NCBI GenBank assembly: GCA_943788915.1
Contig: CALSSD010000003.1
Coordinates: 384,663 to 448,662 of the forward strand
Length of the DNA stretch: 64,000 bases
Reading direction: 5' to 3'
Source: an uncultured Acidimicrobiales bacterium
GTDB taxonomy: Bacteria; Actinomycetota; Acidimicrobiia; Acidimicrobiales; UBA10347
Each line of letters starts with the position of its first letter. The stretch's first letter is position 1. Below the pieces are notes generated by a model. It saw only the letters and a list, made by a program, of their open reading frames with translations. It ran no database searches and had not been told where the DNA came from. Below, piece by piece: positions 57,813 through 64,000 of this stretch. A program made the translations under genes and the position numbers.

Positions 57813-59597
57813 TCACAGAAGCCGGGTCGGGATCGGCACCATGCGGGCCCGCAGCCATTCGCCAAGCGCCTTGGCCTGACCGTCTTGTCGAGTCGACGCG
57901 GCGACACCCTCTTCGAGAAGGCCTCGAATCAGAAAGTTGATCGACCGGATATTTGGCAATCGGTATTTCTCGACGACCAGTTCAGCGGTCTCAGGCAGCA
58001 ACTCGTGGATCTTGTCGACCGTCAGGAAGCCATCGAGCCAGGCCCAACCATCGTCGTTGCGGGCATACACGCCAAGGTTGGCATCGCCGCCCTTATCGCC
58101 TGATCGAGTTCCGACGACCAAGCCCAATGCGGCCAGTGTTGTTGGCTCATCACGGAGAGCGGCTGGCGGAGCCACATCGATTGCGACGCGTTCTCCGGTT
58201 GGCGCAACCGAGTCGATCTGGGTTGTGGTCGCTGGCACCGTGCCGCCACCCAAGACATGCACGTATTGCGGTACGAGATCGCTGGGCACGGTTGCCGGGC
58301 GGTACACGCCATAGGCCGATGCTGCGCCAGGACCGCCACTGAGCCCGTACATCCCCGGGATTGAACTCAATGCCGTGTGTGCGTTCGCATTGGAAAAGGC
58401 TCGCCCAACCTTGCGTTCGTCATGGTCCTTCACCGTGACTCGCCAGATAGCCGTCGCCTCTTCTTGGGTACCAGGGTCCGGCTTGTCGGTGCGAATGACC
58501 CGAGAGGTGATCGACTCGAAATCGTCCGCGGTATAGGGGCAGGCATCCCAGAAGGCCGCCTCGGCCAGCGCAGCCTTCGCTTCGATATCGAGCCCCGTCA
58601 GTGCCACGGTGAAACTGTTGCGATAACCACCCATCTCGTTCATCGCAACCTTCAACGTCGTGGGAGGAGCTTCTCCCCGAGCACCAGAGATACGCACCCG
58701 GTCCCGATCGACCTGCTCGAGTTCGATCGTCTCGAACCGGGTTGTTACGTCGGGCCCAAGGTACGAGGGTGAACCGATCTCGTAGAGCAACTGGCTCGTG
58801 ATCGTTTCGGTGTTGACCGTGCCGCCGGTGCCGTCATGTTTTCCGATTACGCAGGAGCCGTCTGCGGCGACGTCGGCCCATGGGAAGCCGAATCGGGCTC
58901 GACCGCCGACTTCGGCGTACCCCTCGATCTCGTGAAAGAACGAGTAATTACCACCGGTTGCCTGGCCGCTGCATTCGATGACATGGCCAGCAACAACCGC
59001 TCCGGCGAGTTGGTCGAAATCGTTCTTGCCCCATCCGTGGTGCCATGCCGCAGGACCACACACAACTGCTGCGTCGGTGACTCGTCCGGTTACCACGATG
59101 TCGGCGCCGCTGTTCAATGCCTCGACGATGCCGAAGCACCCCAGGTACGCATTAGCGCTCACATACTTCGACAGGTCGCCAAGATCGCCGCCCTGGTAGA
59201 ACGGTTCAAGCGAGCCAGCCGCTGCGAGATCCTCGACCCGTGGCAGCAAATCGTCGCCGTCGACATAGGCAATGGTGGGCGACAGGCCGAGTTTGGCGGC
59301 AACTTCAGCTACGGCATCAGCACATCCGGCCGGAGCCAGGCCTCCGGCATTGGTAACGACCTTAATGCCCTTGTCGAGGCACGTTCCCATGACTTCTTCC
59401 ATCTGCTGGACGAAGGTACGGGCGTAACCGCCAGTTGGGTTCTTGGCCTTGATTCGACTCAGGATGAGCATCGTGAGCTCGGCGAGCCAGTCACCGGTCA
59501 GCACATCGATGGGGCCGCCTTCGACCATCTCTCGGGCGCCTGACGGCCGGTCACCGAAGAAGCCGGAACAGTTCGCAATACGGATCGAGTCGGTCAT
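57813..59597 (-). CDS. Acyclic terpene utilization AtuA family protein
   Basis: RIANCSGFFGDR, DWLAELTM, GRVTD, AGHVIEC, QLLYEI, RSGDKG, D.QAK.LGE. Confidence 0.93.
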   Translation of the reverse strand: MTDSIRIANCSGFFGDRPSGAREMVEGGPIDVLTGDWLAELTMLILSRIKAKNPTGGYARTFVQQMEEVMGTCLDKGIKVVTNAGGLAPAGCADAVAEVAAKLGLSPTIAYVDGDDLLPRVEDLAAAGSLEPFYQGGDLGDLSKYVSANAYLGCFGIVEALNSGADIVVTGRVTDAAVVCGPAAWHHGWGKNDFDQLAGAVVAGHVIECSGQATGGNYSFFHEIEGYAEVGGRARFGFPWADVAADGSCVIGKHDGTGGTVNTETITSQLLYEIGSPSYLGPDVTTRFETIELEQVDRDRVRISGARGEAPPTTLKVAMNEMGGYRNSFTVALTGLDIEAKAALAEAAFWDACPYTADDFESITSRVIRTDKPDPGTQEEATAIWRVTVKDHDERKVGRAFSNANAHTALSSIPGMYGLSGGPGAASAYGVYRPATVPSDLVPQYVHVLGGGTVPATTTQIDSVAPTGERVAIDVAPPAALRDEPTTLAALGLVVGTRSGDKGGDANLGVYARNDDGWAWLDGFLTVDKIHELLPETAELVVEKYRLPNIRSINFLIRGLLEEGVAASTRQDGQAKALGEWLRARMVPIPTRLL

Positions 59598-59658
59598 AGG
59601 TCCATTCTCAACCGCCTACCATGTACGACCCAAACCACAAACGGAATAGAGTCGGGGC

Positions 59659-61272
59659 ATGGCTGAACAGAGCGTTGCTCATCTGGTGATCGAGGCGCTC
59701 AAGCGCAGCAATATCGACCAACTCTTTTGTATCCCTGGGGTGCAGAACGACGACTTCTTTAATGCACTCGTCGACTCGCCGGAAATCCGGCCGATCGTCA
59801 CTCGCCATGAACAAGGTGCGGCCTACATGGCCATGGGTGCGGCCCAGGTCACCGGCAAACCGGCAGCCTGTTGCGTCGTACCCGGACCCGGCATGTTGAA
59901 CGCCTCCGGGGCCCTCACCAGCGCCTACTGGGGATATGCACGGGTCCTGGCCGTAATCGGCCAGATCGCCACCTCTCAACAGGGCCGCAACTTCGGAGCG
60001 TTGCATGATCTCCCTGACCAAACCGCGATCCTGCGTCAACTCACCAAACACACTGCTGTAGTGCACGATCCCACAACCGCCGCGGCCGAAATCCAGCACG
60101 CTGTCGATCTTGTGCACTCGGGACTACCCCGACCGGTCAGCATCGAGGTCCCCGTCGATGTGTGGGCGAAACCAGCTCCAGGGTCCATCGGCGTGCCAGC
60201 GGCAACAATGCCTTCGCCAGACCCAACATCGATTGAGAAGGCCGCGGCCATCATTGCCTCGGCCGAACGTCCACTGTTCGTTCTTGGCTCGGGTGCCTAC
60301 GACGCGGGCGAGTCCATCGCGCAGCTGGCCGAATTGGTGCAGGCGGCCGTTACCACCCGTCGCATGGGACATGGCGTATTACCCACGCAACATCCGCTGA
60401 TGATCCCCATCACTTGTGCCCACGACCTGTGGCCAACCGCCGACGTCGTGGTCGGAATCGGCAGCCGAATCGAATGGCCTCTCGGCGCCTGGGGCTACGA
60501 CGACGACCTGACCTTGATCCAAATCAATGTCGACGAAACCGAACTCGATCGCCATGGCATCACCGATGTTGGTATCCATGCCGACGCTGATCAGGCATGC
60601 CGAGCCCTTATCGACGCGATCGGGCCGCTCACTCGCCCATCTCGTGTCCCCGAACTCGACGAACTGCGGGCGTCGTTTCATGACCGCACCTCACATCTCG
60701 AACCACAGATCTCCTACACCGCAGCGATTCGCGACGTACTTCCCGACGACGGCGTCCTGGTCGAAGACGTCACTCAGATCGGCTTTGCTGCCCATCTGTT
60801 CTACGACCACCTCCAGCCACGGACCTTCTTGTCGTCAGGCGCCGCTGGCACCTTGGGCGCTGGCACAGCCGTCGCCATCGGAGCATCAGCAGCATCGGAC
60901 CGTCCTGTCGTTGGCGTGACTGGCGACGGTGGATTCCTGTTCACCGCGACCGAACTTGCCACCGCAGTGCAGCACAACATTCCGTGCAACATCTTGCTGT
61001 TCAACAACAATGCCTATGGCAACGTAAGGCGCATCCAGAAGGAACGTTTCGGCGAGGACCGCACCATCGCCAGCACGCTGCAGAATCCCGACATGTCCAA
61101 ACTTGCCGACGCATTTGGCGTCAAGTATTGGCATGCCGATTCGCCCGAATCACTCAAACCGGCACTGGGTGCATCGATCGACCACGACGGGCCATGCCTG
61201 GTCGAAGTCTCCGTCGACGCCATGCCCAACCCGTGGCCATTCCTGCGGCTACCCCGAGTCCGCGGCAACTAG
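59659..61272 (+). CDS. Thiamine pyrophosphate-dependent enzyme (acetolactate synthase-like)
   Basis: RHEQGAAYMA, PGPG, GDGGF...NNNAYG. Confidence 0.93.
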   Translation: MAEQSVAHLVIEALKRSNIDQLFCIPGVQNDDFFNALVDSPEIRPIVTRHEQGAAYMAMGAAQVTGKPAACCVVPGPGMLNASGALTSAYWGYARVLAVIGQIATSQQGRNFGALHDLPDQTAILRQLTKHTAVVHDPTTAAAEIQHAVDLVHSGLPRPVSIEVPVDVWAKPAPGSIGVPAATMPSPDPTSIEKAAAIIASAERPLFVLGSGAYDAGESIAQLAELVQAAVTTRRMGHGVLPTQHPLMIPITCAHDLWPTADVVVGIGSRIEWPLGAWGYDDDLTLIQINVDETELDRHGITDVGIHADADQACRALIDAIGPLTRPSRVPELDELRASFHDRTSHLEPQISYTAAIRDVLPDDGVLVEDVTQIGFAAHLFYDHLQPRTFLSSGAAGTLGAGTAVAIGASAASDRPVVGVTGDGGFLFTATELATAVQHNIPCNILLFNNNAYGNVRRIQKERFGEDRTIASTLQNPDMSKLADAFGVKYWHADSPESLKPALGASIDHDGPCLVEVSVDAMPNPWPFLRLPRVRGN

Positions 61273-61321
61273 GTACCGACCAGACCAGCGTCGTGGGCGG
61301 AGATGGCCATGACGCGATTCG

Positions 61322-61630
61322 CTACTTGCGTTCCATCAACTCACCGACCTGGGCGCCAACGGCCTGGCACGTCGTGATCAACGCGTGCTTGATCGACGCC
61401 GCTATTTCACGCACGTCCGACTGGACGGCATCATCTTTCGCCGCGTTGCCGAGCGAGTCGAACGCATCAGTGACCTGGCCAGCCAACTGGTCGAACGCGT
61501 TCGACGTATCGCTAGAGGCACGGTCCTGGACTCCGTCGTCCTGTTCTTGTTCGAGATGCAGCTTGAGTTTGTGGCCGAGTGATTCGACCTTGCCAGCGAC
61601 ATTCTTCCAGGCGTCACGTGTGTCTTCCAT
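61322..61630 (-). CDS. Hypothetical helical protein
   Basis: DAW..V......LG.KLK.H...AF..LG....D..V..DV pattern; GGGAGA upstream. Confidence 0.7.
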   Translation of the reverse strand: MEDTRDAWKNVAGKVESLGHKLKLHLEQEQDDGVQDRASSDTSNAFDQLAGQVTDAFDSLGNAAKDDAVQSDVREIAASIKHALITTCQAVGAQVGELMERK

Positions 61631-61733
61631 CGCTTCTCCCTGCAACAAATCCGAGTAATCACTATCGCACAGTCTGAGACCGCACACGATCAGCAGTAAG
61701 ACCAGGGTGAGTGAAAACTCCTACACTCGCTTG

Positions 61734-62480
61734 GTGACTTGGTTCGAGGCCGTACTCCTACTGCTCGGGGGCACGTTTGCTGGCGCAGTAAACGCGATGG
61801 CAGGTGGTGGTTCGATGCTTACCGTTCCGCTGCTGGTTCTTGCAGGTGTGCCCGGTGTTGCGGCCAATGGTTCGAACCGGGTCGGCATTCTGACATCCAA
61901 CGTCGCATCACTTCAGTCCTATCGTTCCGAGGGCGTCAAGATCCCCCGCAACCTGGTGCCGATCGTCGCCCCTGCAATCGTCGGGTCCCTCGTCGGGGCC
62001 TACGGCATCAGCCGGTTGACCGACGAGACGTTCGAGCGAGTCTTTGGCCTCATCATGATTCCGCTGATCTTGCTGACCATCTTCAAACCCAAGGTCTCGT
62101 CCGATGCCGAGCCATGGTCTCGCAATGTGACGATTGGCGTCTTCTTTGGCATTGGTCTGTACGCCGGTGCGATTCAAGCTGGCGTCGGGTTGGTCTTGCT
62201 GGCGGCGCTCAGTCGGTCGGGGTACGACCTGATCACCGCCAATGTGGTCAAGGTCATCTTCATCTTCTTCGCCACCGTTATTGCGCTGCCGGTGTTCATT
62301 GTCCAAGGCGATATTCGATGGGGCCCGGCGTTCCTGCTGGCGATCGGACTCAGCGTCGGCGGTTGGGTCGGCGCAAAATTTGCGGTACGCGGCGGCGAAA
62401 AGTGGATCCGAATCGTGATGATCATCGCAGCGATCGCGTTGGCACTGAAGCTGCTCGGCTTCTGGGATTGGCTCTTCTAA
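61734..62480 (+). CDS. TSUP (TauE/SafE) family transporter
   Basis: AGAVNAMAGGG, ANGSN, YAGAIQAGVG; leaderless GTG after TACACT. Confidence 0.9.
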   Translation: MTWFEAVLLLLGGTFAGAVNAMAGGGSMLTVPLLVLAGVPGVAANGSNRVGILTSNVASLQSYRSEGVKIPRNLVPIVAPAIVGSLVGAYGISRLTDETFERVFGLIMIPLILLTIFKPKVSSDAEPWSRNVTIGVFFGIGLYAGAIQAGVGLVLLAALSRSGYDLITANVVKVIFIFFATVIALPVFIVQGDIRWGPAFLLAIGLSVGGWVGAKFAVRGGEKWIRIVMIIAAIALALKLLGFWDWLF

Positions 62481-62548
62481 ATCGGTTGCACTCACTGACG
62501 GTTCAGGCCGGCTGACGTCCTACCAGCCGACCGCTCGAGCGAACGGAG

Positions 62549-63361
62549 TCAGCTAGCCGCTTCGAGTGCCCGTCGGGTGAGCACCTGAGCCAGGTGGGTC
62601 CGGTATGAAGCATCGGCGTTGTTGTCGACCGGCGGCACGGCGCCTTCGGCTGCGAGTTCCGCGGCGTCGGCCACCGATCCTCCGCCGGCAAGCGCCGCCT
62701 CGACGGCCGTTGCCCGCAACGGCGTCGACCCCATGTTCACCAGGGCCACGCCCTTGCCACCATCGGCCACAGCGACACCCACAATTGCCCAGTCCTGCGC
62801 CCGACGGTTGAACTTCTGATAGTTCCACCCACCCGTGTTCGCCGGCACCTTAACCTCGACGATCATCTCGTCGGGTGCAAGCACCGACTCGAAGTAGCCA
62901 GTGAAGAAGTCGGTTGCAGCGATCTCGCGCTGACCGTTTGGCCCTCGTGCAACAATCGTGCCGCCGAGCGCGAGCACCGCTGCAGGTAGATCCGACGCTG
63001 GGTCAGAATGCGCAATGGTGCCACCCAACGTGCCGCGATGGCGCACCGAGGGATCGCCCACCAGCGACGCCACATGCCCGAGTATCGGGCACGCTGCAGC
63101 GATCACGTCGTTCGTTTCGAGTTCCGCGTGTTTGGTCATGGCCCCAATCGCCACCTGCCCGTTCTCCTGCCGGATGTAGGACAGATCGCTGATGCGAGCG
63201 ACGTCGATCAACTGGGTTGGCGCCGCGAGCCGGAACTTCATCATCGGGATCAATGAATGACCACCAGCCAAGAGCTTGGCCTCGTCACCGTATTCACCGA
63301 GCAGTTGAATGGCATGTTCGGCGTTCTCGGCGACGGTGTAGTCGAATGCTGCGGGGATCAT
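62549..63361 (-). CDS. Xanthine/CO dehydrogenase family FAD-binding subunit (CoxM-like)
   Basis: MIPAAFDY, LAGGHSLIPMMK.RLA, VRHRGTLGG, DPASD. Confidence 0.92.
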   Translation of the reverse strand: MIPAAFDYTVAENAEHAIQLLGEYGDEAKLLAGGHSLIPMMKFRLAAPTQLIDVARISDLSYIRQENGQVAIGAMTKHAELETNDVIAAACPILGHVASLVGDPSVRHRGTLGGTIAHSDPASDLPAAVLALGGTIVARGPNGQREIAATDFFTGYFESVLAPDEMIVEVKVPANTGGWNYQKFNRRAQDWAIVGVAVADGGKGVALVNMGSTPLRATAVEAALAGGGSVADAAELAAEGAVPPVDNNADASYRTHLAQVLTRRALEAAS

Positions 63362-64000
63362 GCTGCACCTCCGGTGCTGCCAGCGTTGATGGCATTCCAG
63401 ATGCGCTGCGGGGTTGCAGGCATCTTGATATCGGTCACGCCATACGGACTCAGTCCATCACATACGGCATTGATCACGGCTGCGGCCGAACCAATGGTTC
63501 CGGCCTCACCCACGCCCTTTACGCCAAGTGGATTCGTGGTTGATGGGGTGACCGTGGAGTCCAGCGTGATGTTCGGCATCTCCATAGTTGACGGCACCAG
63601 ATAGTCCATGAGCGACGGGTTGGTGATATTGCCATTCTCGTCGTAGACAGCCTCTTCAAAGAGCGCTTGGGCCGCACCCTGCACAATCCCTCCGTGTACC
63701 TGGCCCTCGACGATCAACGGGTTCACCTGGATACCGCAGTCGTCGACACCGATGTAGTTGATCAGTTCGACCCCACCGGTTTCGATGTCGATCTCGACCA
63801 CCGCGACATGGGTGCCAAACGGGAACGCAAAGTTCGGAGGATCAAAATTGACCTGCTCCTGCAGGTTGGGCTCCATGCCATCGGGCAGATCGTGAGCCGT
63901 AAAGGCAGCGAAGCCGAGCTCTTGTATGTGCACCGACTTCGTAGGTGTTCCAGCAACCGAGAAACTGCCGTTGACAAACTCGATGTCCTCGGGCGACGCC
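63358..64000 (-). CDS. Xanthine/CO dehydrogenase family molybdopterin subunit (CoxL-like), C-terminal part only
   Basis: DDCG..VNP.IVEGQVHGG, MDY..P, NPLGVKGVGEAG, MPATP. Confidence 0.92.
   Translation of the reverse strand, partial: ASPEDIEFVNGSFSVAGTPTKSVHIQELGFAAFTAHDLPDGMEPNLQEQVNFDPPNFAFPFGTHVAVVEIDIETGGVELINYIGVDDCGIQVNPLIVEGQVHGGIVQGAAQALFEEAVYDENGNITNPSLMDYLVPSTMEMPNITLDSTVTPSTTNPLGVKGVGEAGTIGSAAAVINAVCDGLSPYGVTDIKMPATPQRIWNAINAGSTGGAA

Noticed and set aside
62549..64000. Calling this a true form I CO dehydrogenase
   Set aside because: The diagnostic active-site loop (AYxCSFR versus AYxGAGR) lies outside the window
1..64000. tRNA (including tRNA-Sec), rRNA, integrase or IS transposase
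   Set aside because: None recognised by eye; tRNAscan-SE or cmscan would be needed to exclude them formally

Overview
GC-rich chromosomal window from an actinobacterium, probably Acidimicrobiia (inferred from gene content and many leaderless TANNNT-N6-start promoters). It is mostly metabolic genes: typA, a DEAD-box helicase, beta-carbonic anhydrase, an ABC-2 exporter, MFS and TSUP transporters, a Ser/Thr kinase, two P450s, pyruvate carboxylase, gabD, xylA, a NiCoT transporter, AtuA and the end of a CoxLM-type molybdo-hydroxylase operon. Main points: (1) an AhpD-like peroxidase (7997-8962, -) read through an in-frame UGA in a C-F-Y-[UGA]-L-L-A-H motif, with a 10-bp stem hairpin immediately downstream, so most likely a selenoprotein that the ORF track splits in two; (2) an unusual homoprotocatechuate (hpa) cluster that has a two-subunit LigAB-type dioxygenase where HpaD is expected and a stand-alone CYP116-like P450 lacking the catalytic Thr, with no HpaBC; (3) a pyruvate carboxylase with an in-frame deletion of about 50 aa in the biotin-carboxylase core; (4) a DUF222/HNH gene behind a PafBC-type promoter; (5) a family of 29-bp GTGCC(A/T)GGCAC palindromic repeats; (6) about ten frameshifts, all net +1, which point to read or assembly error rather than gene decay. 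No rRNA, tRNA or CRISPR array was seen. All family calls come from motif recognition; no database search was run.
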